From Ginkgo biloba (taxonomy: Eukaryota > Plantae > Ginkgophyta), in the NCBI GenBank assembly GCA_024626585.2, contig JANKJI020000004.1, forward strand, positions 176,598,842 through 176,622,718: a stretch of 23,877 bases of DNA, written 5' to 3'. Both the position numbers and the translations under genes were made by a program. The notes under the pieces are model-generated. The model was given only the letters and a program-made list of their open reading frames with translations, did no database searches and was not told the origin of the DNA. The first letter of the stretch is position 1. Each line of letters begins with the position of its first letter. Shown here one piece after another: positions 1 through 10,108 of this stretch.

Positions 1-629
1 TTTTAAATTTTACTAAAAATATTTACACATCCTAAGAATAAACATCAAGATATATATTCAAAAAAATATAGTGTCAATATGGGTTCCATAGGCCCCCTAA
101 AAGCTCAACATAAGTTCAGTTAAAGTTTTGAGGCCATTTTGAGAAGATGACCATAATTATAAAATTTGGAATATCAAACTCGTACATTTTTATAAACTTT
201 TTGTAGTCTTAGAAANNNNNNNNNNNNNNNNNNTTCACATTCTCCTTCCCAAAATCCATATAAAGAGTGTTCAAATTGGTTACCACATGATCTTATAATT
301 ATTCTTGGAAGACGAAGTAGTTTTAGAGTTGATTTCAAGGTTTTAAAACAGTTATACGATAGAAACAAAGGTGTTTTTGTCCATATATTTAATATTTGTA
401 AGTTTTTTCTGAAAGTTTAATATGAAATAACCACAATCTATAAAAAAATGACCTTAATTAGGTTTGGAAGCTCTTATAGCATTTCAAACTAAGTTTGGTT
501 ACCATTTGAGGCCCAATTCTACTACCAAAACTGAAATAACTAAATTTCAGAGAGTATCCATCAAATTTTCTAGTGTATTTTTACATATTTAGAGTACTTT
601 AATTCTACTAATTAGTTTCTAACATAATT

Positions 630-745
630 GTTATATCTTTCCTTTTGATCTAATACAAATTAAGTTAAAATATAATTAAAAGAAAAAAGAGAAAAGAAAA
701 AAAATCATATAGGTTTTTAATACTTTCTTTGCCAATGTGATAATA
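630..745. repeat. Dispersed diverged repeat, copy 1 (pairs with ~2985-3090)
   Basis: An identical 25-mer, ATATAGGTTTTTAATACTTTCTTTG, lies at 707-731 and 3053-3077. Upstream similarity (CTTTTG.TC.AATA.AAAT..TAAAAT.TAATTAAA) is also present. Confidence 0.7.
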
Positions 746-2984
746 GCATATAGCTGGGAAAACTAATTGTAATATTCTACTATGATAGGTAGGGAATAAT
801 ATGATGTACCCACTTGGTGCTAGAGGATTTGATGTCAATAATGCGACGAAAATGATTGATCAAACCCAAGGCGGTAATCCTCTTCTCACCCTACAACCCT
901 CTAAAGCTCAGAAAATGAGTAATTGGTCAGCAAATTAGGATAAATTAGCTTCTCAGACTTCACTATTTATGGACGGTGAAAAAATGCAAGCTATATCAAT
1001 GCTCCAGCATTGAAATGCATGCTGCAATGTGCGTTTCTAACTTGATGTTAAAATACGCACGCTTAAGAGCGCACTTTAGTACGCGCTGGTGAATACGGCA
1101 TGAAAATGTGCACTATCGAGTGTCAAACTCTACACCACCTGCGCACTTCGTCCATTTTCTTAAAATTTAGTAAAACNNNNNNNNNNNNNNNNNNNNNNNN
1201 NNNNNNNNNNNNNNNNNNNNNNNNNNNNNNNNNNNNNNNNNNNNNNNNNNNNNNNNNNNNNNNNNNNNNNNNNNNNTAGAAAGTATGGTACTCAAGAGTA
1301 TAGGCAGAATATCTTTTTGAACTCTATAATAGGGAAACTCTATAAATCCCCTTCTATTTTTAGTGCTCTATTTGTCTCCTTCTACAAATATTTTGAACGT
1401 TCAGACTGTATCTTTTGATGCTGAGTTTGTTCTCATCCTTTTCATAATATAAAAACTACCCGTTTATGTTAAAAATAATAGTAAGTTGTAATATTATTAT
1501 ATTAATATTCTCATATGCTAACCCTAATGTTATCATTTGTATAACATAACTTATCTTATTTCCTTCATTTGCAAGCATAGATTATTAAAAGAGTACCTTT
1601 CTATCAATATCAACTCCAAACCAAGTAAAATAACTTTTAAGATACATTCATACCATTACAATAGGATCCCATAAAGACTCATTCATTTATGGTATGGTGT
1701 ATGCTTTGGTGTCATGCACTCAATCATACATTTATAAGGTGCACTAATATACATATCACATAGAAATTGCCATGGGAAATTATAATATAATCTATAATAT
1801 CTAGTCATATATATATAACACATGTTATAGTTAATTATTATACATTTTCTTCAATGGGATGTATTTTTTTGACATCAATAGGCTCTCTCATATATATAAC
1901 AAAAGGAATCTTATACTTTGCATTATGTCTATTATATCCTAACTATTTTCATTATGTGACTCAGTTAACTTATACCTTTTTATACATTTATGGAAAATTT
2001 GTAAGTTCCTTCTAATTGATCGAGATTCATAAGTAGGATCTATAAAAATCATTAAATAAAAAAATATTTTTTAAGTCATGCAAAAAATACTACAAATAAA
2101 TTCCTAAAATACTATAATTTTTTATCCTTTTTGTTTAAATCTATATGGAAGCATCACCTTTGAGCAACATTACTATATAAATCCTAGGTCAAGGGGTATT
2201 AAATGTTCACATGATTTTACTAAATCTTTTATAGATAAGAATATGAAAAGCTAGAAGAAAAAATTGTCCAAAGTGTAAGCATTAAGGAGTATGTTTTAAT
2301 TATCTACTTATGGGATAAATAATCTATACCATAGAAAACACCTCACCTACTTGTGATTTTCTTTTCATGTATATATAATGGAAAATACATAACATATGTG
2401 TTCATGAGTTAAAATATTTTATTCTTCTATTATTTTATTTCTTAAAAAGCCCAATTAACACTATGCATACAAAATTCCATCTTTGAAGAAAAATCCATTT
2501 GGCTCTTAATGACACATGTACTTGTTTAACTTTGGCTCATATATCATAAACAAAATCCTCAATATGATTACTTAGAAAAAAATAAAAAATTCAATAAATA
2601 AAAAGTTGAATTCCCTAGTTACATTTTAAAAGAGCATAATCTTAATTATTTAGTTACTATTAAAGGAATATGACAAACAATCTCCCCTATAATATTTATA
2701 GGAAGATAAACCAATATTAAAAATAACACATGTGAAAAATCTATAATTAAAATGTTTAACAATATAATCATTCATTTAATTCTTCTTATCTCTATAATAG
2801 CCATAAAAAGTGCATTTATTAAAACATATAGATGATATGATAATCACTCTCGTATATTTTTTATATTATGATTCAAATATAAATCATTCTTCATATATTA
2901 ACACATCACCTAACTAAATTCGATAATAATGATATGGATAATGGAGATTTTAGTCTAATAAGAAAACTCCACAATAAGAGGGTA

Positions 2985-3090
2985 TCACATCTTCACTTTT
3001 GGTCCAATAAAAATCATACTAAAATCTAATTAAAGTAAAAAGGACAAGATTTATATAGGTTTTTAATACTTTCTTTGAACATTAGATACA
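2985..3090. repeat. Dispersed diverged repeat, copy 2 (pairs with ~630-745)
   Basis: Same 25-mer and upstream blocks as copy 1. Confidence 0.7.
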
Positions 3091-4559
3091 ACAAAAGTAA
3101 GAACTTATATTTGCTACATGATTATTGAATTACAGGTAAGTGAACCAATTACAATAGTCCACTACCTTCAATTGTGACTAATAATAGGTAACCAAAATAA
3201 AATGGATCAAATATGCCCCTTTTGATGGTCTAATCAATAGAGGGCCTCATGTTTTCTTTGACTTAGCACATGTGTGCGTTGAATGATAACTTATTTTGGA
3301 TGCCATTAGCATAAAATGCATATACTCATTAAGTAGACAAACTACATATTCAAAGTTGAGCTCTCATGATTTAATCTCATAATCTTGTCTTTGCTTGTCT
3401 TAGGGCCACTTCACACAAGTAGATAAAACTAAAGTTAATTAATGTATCTAAACAAGACACGCTTCGCAAATTATTCTATTAAGAAGTTTTTGTTAGTAAA
3501 AATTATTCAAATTTATTTGAAGTTATTTGAAAAGAGGGAAAGTCAAAGTACATCGAGAGGTATTTTAAGAATTTTGTCTCTCCCCCTACGAAAAATTATT
3601 TTTCCTTTCTTGAAAAATTGCCCCTAACGGCTCTGTTAAACCCTTTGATGGAGNNNNNNNNNNNNNNNNNNNNNNNNNNNNNNNNNNNNNNNNNNNNNNN
3701 NNNNNNNNNNNNNNNNNNNNNNNNNNNNNNNNNNNNNNNNNNNNNNNNNNNNNCATTGTTCTATTCATGTCGTTAAAGTCATTATTTTCTATAATAGAGT
3801 TCAACCCATCATTTAACCAAATAGAAGTGTAATGGTGTCTGTATTGATGGCATATATTGTTAGTGCAGGCAGTGAGATTAACAATACATCTTAGGTCTAC
3901 TCAACATGACAAAATTAATAAGGAAGAACATGTTGTTGTAATTACATTCAACAATTATAACGACACAATAATAACCCCTCCTGCTACATTAAAGGGGCCA
4001 AAGAACAAAGGAGACATACACAAATTTATGGAAATAAATAGTAATGGTAATAATCAAACTATGAGTCCGAGCTTTTGCAACGATGTTGCTTCTAACCATA
4101 AACAACTTATATTATCGCCTAACTATTCCAACTGNNNNNNNNNNNNNNNNNNNNNNNNNNNNGCCATCAAAATCAAAGATATTGATCATCCAATTCAATA
4201 GTTCCAAAATTCTTCTATATAGAAAAATACAAAAGCCTTTAATGCTAGCCATGACTAATTTGAGGATACTTTAATTCGTTCTAAAGAGCTTTATAAGTAG
4301 TTGTTAACTCTCGAGGAGTACTGGGGAACGATATTTTGACTGGTTTAACTTTTGTTCACATACCAAACTATGAATAGATGGATTTATGTATAAATTATAA
4401 CTTATTGTATGCATCATGTACAGAATAATTATGTAGCCATTTTATTGTGCTAAATTGGGTGCTCAAGAATATAATTTCTTTAGATTCGACTTGGCTATAT
4501 AACAATATATAAGAAATTATATATATTCACGTAGAATTCACAAACTAAACTTTCTTGAA

Positions 4560-4776
4560 ATCTCTAATTTTCAATTTGTTAATATCTCTATTTTTTAACC
4601 TCTATCACTCAACATAAAATTTAACACAAAATTGTGTGAAACACTTTACTTTATCTTAGTTTATTTTAGCTTTAGTACGAAGCTAAGTATTAATTAATTT
4701 TAGTTTACTTTAAGACAACTTAAGTCATTTTATTGATTTTATTCTAATTTATCTATGTGTGCAAAGTGACCCTAAT
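4560..4776. repeat. Diverged direct repeat, copy A (pairs with 6471-6672)
   Basis: TGTGTGAAACACTTTA..TCTTAGTTTATTTTAGCTT..AAGCTAAGTATTAATTAATTTTAGTTTA..TCATTTTATTGA..TGTGTGCAAAGTG.CCCT is shared with 6531-6672. Weaker similarity (CAATTTGTT.ATAT, ATCACT.AACA.AAA) extends leftward. Confidence 0.85.
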
Positions 4777-4794
4777 TAAGATATTTCGTTAATA

Positions 4795-4827
4795 CTAGTC
4801 CATTGCCCATGGCAAATAATTGTCACG
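4795..4827 (-). mobile_element. Candidate Helitron 3' terminus (decayed hairpin plus CTAG|T)
   Basis: Minus strand reads CGTGACAA-TTAT-TTGCCATG-GGCAATGGA-CTAG|T. This is an 8-bp inverted repeat with two transition mismatches, 9 nt before CTAG and followed by the T target base, matching the known Helitron 3' end layout. No 5' TC end or RepHel ORF was identified. Confidence 0.4.
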
Positions 4828-5188
4828 ATTCAATCCTATTTTTCTCATTAGGTCTTTGTTCCAGTGACATGTACATGATTTTCTTACAATCACATAACAC
4901 ACATTTCTAATGCCTACAAATGTACAAACATTAATAATAGCACAACTATTGACAAATAGCTTTTCATAGCCATGTCCAAGCATCAAAAGTCCATTGACTA
5001 TGGTTTTGCATAATTTGCAGTTTCAAAAGCCTAATAAACTTAGATGATGAAATGGGTATAAACTTCGCAACTAAATCATCCTGAGCCCAAAACCTAATGC
5101 AAAGAGTTTTTTTCACAATGTGGTATTACCAACTTAGTTGGAATATTCTCCCAAAAGAAATATTTGAGTTTGATCATACAAAACATAC

Positions 5189-5242
5189 CTGCCTCTGGTT
5201 CTCTAGCTGGCTTGTCAAAAGGTGATTGTACTCATCAGCTAT
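5189..5242 (-). CDS. BRIZ2: Next 54-nt exon of the BRIZ2/BRAP2-like gene (start of the coiled coil)
   Basis: Minus strand reads ...tgtacggcAG|IADEYNHLLTSQLENQRQ|GTATGT. It joins in phase 0 to the 5406-5615 exon and matches the EYN.LL..QLE.QR motif of BRAP2/BRIZ proteins. Confidence 0.85.
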
Positions 5243-5405
5243 CTGCCGTACAATAGCAAAAAGTTGAAATTAATGTGATTGTACATACAGAAAAAAATCT
5301 ATGTATCTGCATTGTATTTCTACCCACACGATTAAAAAAACAAATGTGCTCTTTGCAAAATGAATTATTCAACGAGTCTTAATTTCTATGCAAAAGCAAG
5401 CTTAC

Positions 5406-5615
5406 CACTTCAATTTTACTGTCAAAAAGAGCACTATCAATTCCAGAATCATAACTGCACTCACAACTCCCACAGGCATCACCAACATTTCTACAATGGG
5501 TATTTAATTCAACCAACTTGCCATCAGTCTTTGATTGAATAAGTCGATGGACATAGTTGTCCCCGACATAATCCCAGACTCGTTGAGTCTCCAAGTCAAG
5601 AGAGTAGCAGTGCTG
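5406..5615 (-). CDS. BRIZ2: Internal exon (partial, runs into a gap) of a BRIZ2/BRAP2-like RING and ZnF-UBP domain protein
   Basis: [38 protein letters not shown]...[13 protein letters not shown] is the C-terminal part of the BRAP2-family zf-UBP domain. The frame is open and ends at a GTAAGC donor at 5405. The 5' end is lost in gap 5616-5715. Confidence 0.88.
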
Positions 5616-5831
5616 NNNNNNNNNNNNNNNNNNNNNNNNNNNNNNNNNNNNNNNNNNNNNNNNNNNNNNNNNNNNNNNNNNNNNNNNNNNNNNNNNNNNN
5701 NNNNNNNNNNNNNNNGCCAGTTGACTAAATTCATTAAGGAAACTGAAACTTTCTGTTGGCTTGATTTTGGTATTGTAAGAGAGTTGGTTCCCCAACCGTG
5801 GGATAGAGTAGCTATCCAAGTAATGAAATAT

Positions 5832-6077
5832 ATTCCTTTAGAAGGAAAGTTGTGTCGGCTTTCCCAAAATTCACAGCTATTCCTGGTACTTGTTTTGCAG
5901 CCTAACCTTTGTGGTAGTCTCAAAATATCATCAACTGCATGAACATTCCTTCATAAGGAAAGTTGTGTTGGGTTTCCTAAATCCACAGCTATTCCTGATG
6001 TCCTTAGGTATTCCTTTGGTTTCCTGTTACTTGTTTTACAGCCTCAACCCTTATGGTAACCTCAAAATATCATCAAC
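5832..6077. repeat. Local tandem duplication (5832-5935 and 5944-6077); the second copy has a ~28-nt insertion
   Basis: AAGGAAAGTTGTGT..CACAGCTATTCCTG..TACTTGTTTT.CAGCCT..CTCAAAATATCATCAAC occurs twice. Confidence 0.85.
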
Positions 6078-6470
6078 CGTTCTGAGCACATATGATCAGA
6101 TTTTGGACCACTTGTATGTTTCTGCATATTAGTTAATATGGCGAATCTACCTGAAAAATGAACAAGAAAACCATGTTCAATTCCTGTATATATTAACAAA
6201 GTTTTGCACTTCAGATCATTCCTCGTACGCATTTGAAGCATAGTACCATACTGATTTTCTGGGCCTTTTCAGCAATTTCTGGGCTGTTCACATTTCATAT
6301 TCTTGGTTGAACTGCCATTGATGAATAATTTATTACGTAGCAACTTAGGGCTTAGTTCACCACATTTTCTATATTTTTTTTGCAAATGGTTATCCATTGA
6401 AGGTTTTGAAACATGCTCAGACAGGAAGAAATTATCAAAGGCACCCTCAAATTTATCCTTATCTGCTGCT

Positions 6471-6672
6471 ATTTCTAATAACAATTTGTTGATATTTCTC
6501 TTTTTCATCATCCATCACTTAACAGAAAGCTGTGTGAAACACTTTATCTTAGTTTATTTTAGCTTCAATGCAAAGCTAAGTATTAATTAATTTTAGTTTA
6601 GTTTCAGACAAATTAAATCATTTTATTGACTTTATTCCAATTTATTATCTGTGTGTGCAAAGTGGCCCTTAT
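6471..6672. repeat. Diverged direct repeat, copy B (pairs with 4560-4776)
   Basis: Same blocks as copy A, aligned by eye. Confidence 0.85.
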
Positions 6673-6962
6673 CTCACCTCGCTCATGCCATTTCACATGC
6701 ATGCATATTTGTTGTAAGCATATAAATTGAATTAATTTTAGCTTTCCAATTATTTTGATGTACACAATTATTTGTATCTTCCCCTCATGTTCAAGGAACT
6801 TATAAATCTAGTGGTGTAATTATTATGCCTATTGGTTGCTTCCTCTCATGCGAGAAATGGAGCCTAAATGCTTGGGTGAGCCTCTACACATTGGTTACAT
6901 GAAGTGGTCCAACAAATCGGTGTGGCAACGCCACAAAGACGAACAGTAAAGCTAATACGGAC

Positions 6963-6980
6963 ATATATATATATATATAA
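6963..6980 (+). promoter_or_regulatory. (AT)8 tract ending in a TATA-like TATATAA upstream of eIF3h
   Basis: About 125 nt upstream of ATG 7105 and followed by a pyrimidine-rich, ATG-free leader. The start context ACAACCATGGC is strong. Confidence 0.35.
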
Positions 6981-7966
6981 CCCACTCGTTTTTTCTCTCT
7001 TGCGTTTGTGTTTTTGTTCATTGCTTGTCTGGTTGATTGATTGATTGTGGAGAGGGGCACCGGCAAATTTCAAGTCTGTTGTTTTATTCTTCACAACAAC
7101 AACCATGGCGGATTTTGTAGCTCAAAATGGGACGAGGTTGTTTGCACAGGCTGCTGCTACGAAGGAAGTGGTTGCACCACTCAGAGTGGTTCAGATTGAA
7201 GGATTGGTTGTGTTGAAAATCATAAAGCATTGCAAAGAGTTAATGCCTGCTCTTGTCACCGGGCAGCTTCTTGGTCTAGATATCGAAAGTGCCTTGGAAG
7301 TCACCGATTGTTTTCTGTTTCCAAGCCGAGGGCGATGGTGCAAATTATCAGCTGGAAATGATGCAAAGTCTTCAAGAAGTAAATGTCGACAACAATACCG
7401 TTGGATGGTACTAGTCAACTTACATGAGATTTTTTTCAGACGCAGGAACTTATAGACACATTTATGAATTACCAAGAGAACATCAAAAGATGTGTCTGTA
7501 TTATATATGACCCACTGCGTTCAGGACAGGGTGTCTTAGCTATGAAGGCGTTGAGGCTTCAAGATTCTTTCATGGATCTCTATAAAAATACTGACTTCTC
7601 TGGGGAAAAGTACGTGTTTGTTCTATTATTATGTGAAAGGTTTTTGTAATATTTTGTTACGGCTGTGTTATGTGAACTCACATTTTTGTTGTTTGTGACA
7701 GGTTGAGAGAGAAAAATCTGTCATGGGTGGATATTTTTGAAGAAATTCCTGTACGCAATTATGGTTCAGTTTTTTCAATTGATGTTTGATAGAAGAAAAA
7801 ATTGGTTATGAATGATACATTTTATGAAGTTTTAAAACTATGAAATTAGATCTCTTAGTTCTTCCAATTTGATGTTATACATATCCTTTTCAGATCTGCC
7901 TTCTGTTTTGGATGTTTGGTAATATCATGTTTTCAGCAGTGCCTTTTGGGTTAACCTTGAATAGGT

Positions 7967-8398
7967 CCTTAACACGTGATTAATGCATCTATGACCTCAT
8001 AATGCCTATTTTTGGGAGCCTGGGAAGCTCCAGAAATAGATGGTTACCTTGTAGGTTTCTCATTTTGCTAACTCTTTGGCACTTTGTTTGTAGCAAATCT
8101 TATATGCCTTATTGGTGTTTATAAATAATATGCATATACAGCATTCCAATGTGTTCATGGTTTTCCCTACCTTGCATGTTTGCCCCTTAACACTTGATTA
8201 AAGCATCCATGAGCTCATAATGCCTATTTTTGGTAGCCTGGGAAGCTCCAGAAATAGATGGTTACCTTGTAGGTTTCTCATTTTGCCAACTCCTTGGCAC
8301 TTTGTTTGTAGCAAATCTTATATGCCTTATTGGTGTTTATCAATAATATGTGTATACAGCATTCCAATGGGTTCATGGGTTTCTCTACCCTGCCTGGT
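7967..8398. repeat. Tandem duplication with a ~218-bp period inside an eIF3h intron
   Basis: CCTTAACAC.TGATTAA.GCATC.ATGA.CTCATAATGCCTATTTTTGG.AGCCTGGGAAGCTCCAGAAATAGATGGTTACCTTGTAGG... starts at both 7967 and 8185, with high identity throughout. Confidence 0.95.
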
Positions 8399-8701
8399 AT
8401 CTTATGCTGCAAAATAGATAAGTAAAAGTGTTCATGAGAATTCAGCCTTAATCCAATAATGTGTTCTTATGCTTAGGTATCATTTGGATTATGAGTAATA
8501 TTGTTTTTATCTAGATTCTTAATCACATTTTTCTTTTATATAATTCTGTCTCTTTTGAAGCTCTGTGTCTAGATGGCGGTGAAAATTTGTATTTAGATTA
8601 TTTTTTTCAAATCTTCAGAGACAATTTTCAGTGCGTATATCCTATTTTATGATCCACTTTTTGCTCTTGCACTGTTGCACCATTGTTTCATTGATTATAG
8701 A

Positions 8702-8933
8702 NNNNNNNNNNNNNNNNNNNNNNNNNNNNNNNNNNNNNNNNNNNNNNNNNNNNNNNNNNNNNNNNNNNNNNNNNNNNNNNNNNNNNNNNNNNNNNNNNNN
8801 NNNNNNNNNNNNNNNNNNNNNNNNNNNNNNNNNNNNNNNNNNNNNNNNNNNNNNNNNNNNNNNNNNNNNNNNNNNNNNNNNNNNNNNNNNNNNNNNNNNN
8901 NNNNNNNNNNNNNNNNNNNNNNNNNNNNNNNNN
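8702..8933. other. Assembly gap probably hiding one eIF3h exon (IKVSNS...TQ equivalent)
   Basis: An acceptor-like TTGATTATAG|A lies at 8700/8701. The ~24-aa segment expected between EEIP and CDYDRL is not visible elsewhere. Confidence 0.6.
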
Positions 8934-10108
8934 TGTAGTTGCATTATTTTTGTGGGTTGCAGCTTTGATACTAGCCTTGACTTGTTGTTTCTTTTACTGT
9001 GGCAGTGTGACTATGACAGGCTGGTTTTGTCCACAAACCCATTCATGGAAAGGAATCTTGAATTTTTAATTGAATGCATGGATGATCTTGCGAATGAACA
9101 GCAGAAGGTGTGTGCATTATTATACTTATTATTAATGATCACTCAGTTTTCTTCCATTGTATCTTGCCTGCTAAATGTCAAGACACTTGTCCGGCTTACA
9201 TATGTTGACCCCTTTAATTGCAGTTTCAATTTCATTACCGTAACCTTTCACGGCAGCAAGCTCAGCAGCAGGCCTGGTTACAGAAAAGAAGGTGAGGCTC
9301 ATTTGATATGTACGCTATATTTGCTCACCTGTCCAGCTGCTGGATGTATTGTTGCATTTGCCTAACAAGCCCTGTGTGCAAATAACTATGAATCTTTGGT
9401 CCCATCACGTTGTGTTTGTTTCAATATTTTCCTTACTATTCCTAACTGCTTATTGTTTGTGGATAATAGGTCAGACAATATGGCACGAAGAGCAGCAGGC
9501 GAGGAACCATTGCCTGAAGAAGATTCTTCAAATCCCATTTTTAAACCACTTGTTGAGCCCCCTCGACTTGATAGCTACTTGATTGCTAATCAGATTGCTA
9601 ATTATTGTGATCAAATAAAGGGGTATGCATTTTTTGTGTTAAAGTTACTATTTATGATCATCTTAGGGGGGTTAGGCAATTTGAAACCACTAGAATTACC
9701 GGTAGCTTTTGGTGAATTCTTTATACAACCAAGCTGTTAAGAGCTTTCTGGGAATTCTGCAGGTTTGCCGGTCAGAGTTTCAGCAAAGTATATTTGATGG
9801 ATGCAGTTCATGAAAGTTGAGTCTCTGACTCCAGATAGTCATGACTGATGAGCAAAAATTTGATTTACTGTCCGTTTTGAAGTTTCTAGGATTATTCAGA
9901 AGGGTATCTGATATGGGTAATTATAAAAATTGTACCCCAACATGGCAATTATTGTGCCAGCTTAGGCTATAGACTCCATGTCTCGATAATTTTGACAAGA
10001 GGATGAGTTATTAATTGTACCAGATTTTCTTAATCATGATTTCTTTCTGTCTTGTCCTGACAGTTGAAGTTACGTATTCAATATTCTGTGATTTGTATAA
10101 TTCATTAA

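Larger units (their letters stand above)
7105..9820 (+). pseudogene. eIF3h: Eukaryotic translation initiation factor 3 subunit H (MPN domain), disabled copy with introns only in the 3' half
   Basis: Translation gives [149 protein letters not shown] and NMARRAAGEEPLPEED.SNPIFKP, all recognisable as plant eIF3h. Exons with GT-AG borders: 7105-7609, 7702-7750, one probably starting at 8701 and hidden in gap 8702-8933, 9006-9107, 9224-9291, 9470-9622, 9763-9820 (TGA). Lesions: frameshift near 7330, in-frame TAG at 7412-7414, and an extra T in the run at 7430-7436. Confidence 0.92.

Noticed and set aside
790-1470. Possible solo or partial LTR (purine-rich AGGGAATAATA before TGATG at 802, CpG-rich patch, TATAAAT near 1340)
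   Set aside because: There is no second copy or clear CA end, and it is interrupted by a gap; too weak to call.
1500-2950. Possible decayed transposase or pol sequence
   Set aside because: No motif could be recognised in the frames inspected; it needs a TBLASTX or HMM search.
3857-4201. 114-aa plus-strand ORF
   Set aside because: It has a non-ATG start, spans a gap and shows no recognisable domain.
7321-7440. Programmed frameshifting, readthrough or RNA editing rescuing full-length eIF3h
   Set aside because: It would need three independent recoding events and the acidic linker is physically missing. Stop-removing U-to-C editing is known from plant organelles, not nuclear mRNA. The region has no room for a compensating intron.
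8631-9365. 244-aa ORF and other long ORFs in the track containing X runs
   Set aside because: These are artefacts of reading through N gaps and introns; only 9006-9107 is real exon in this frame.
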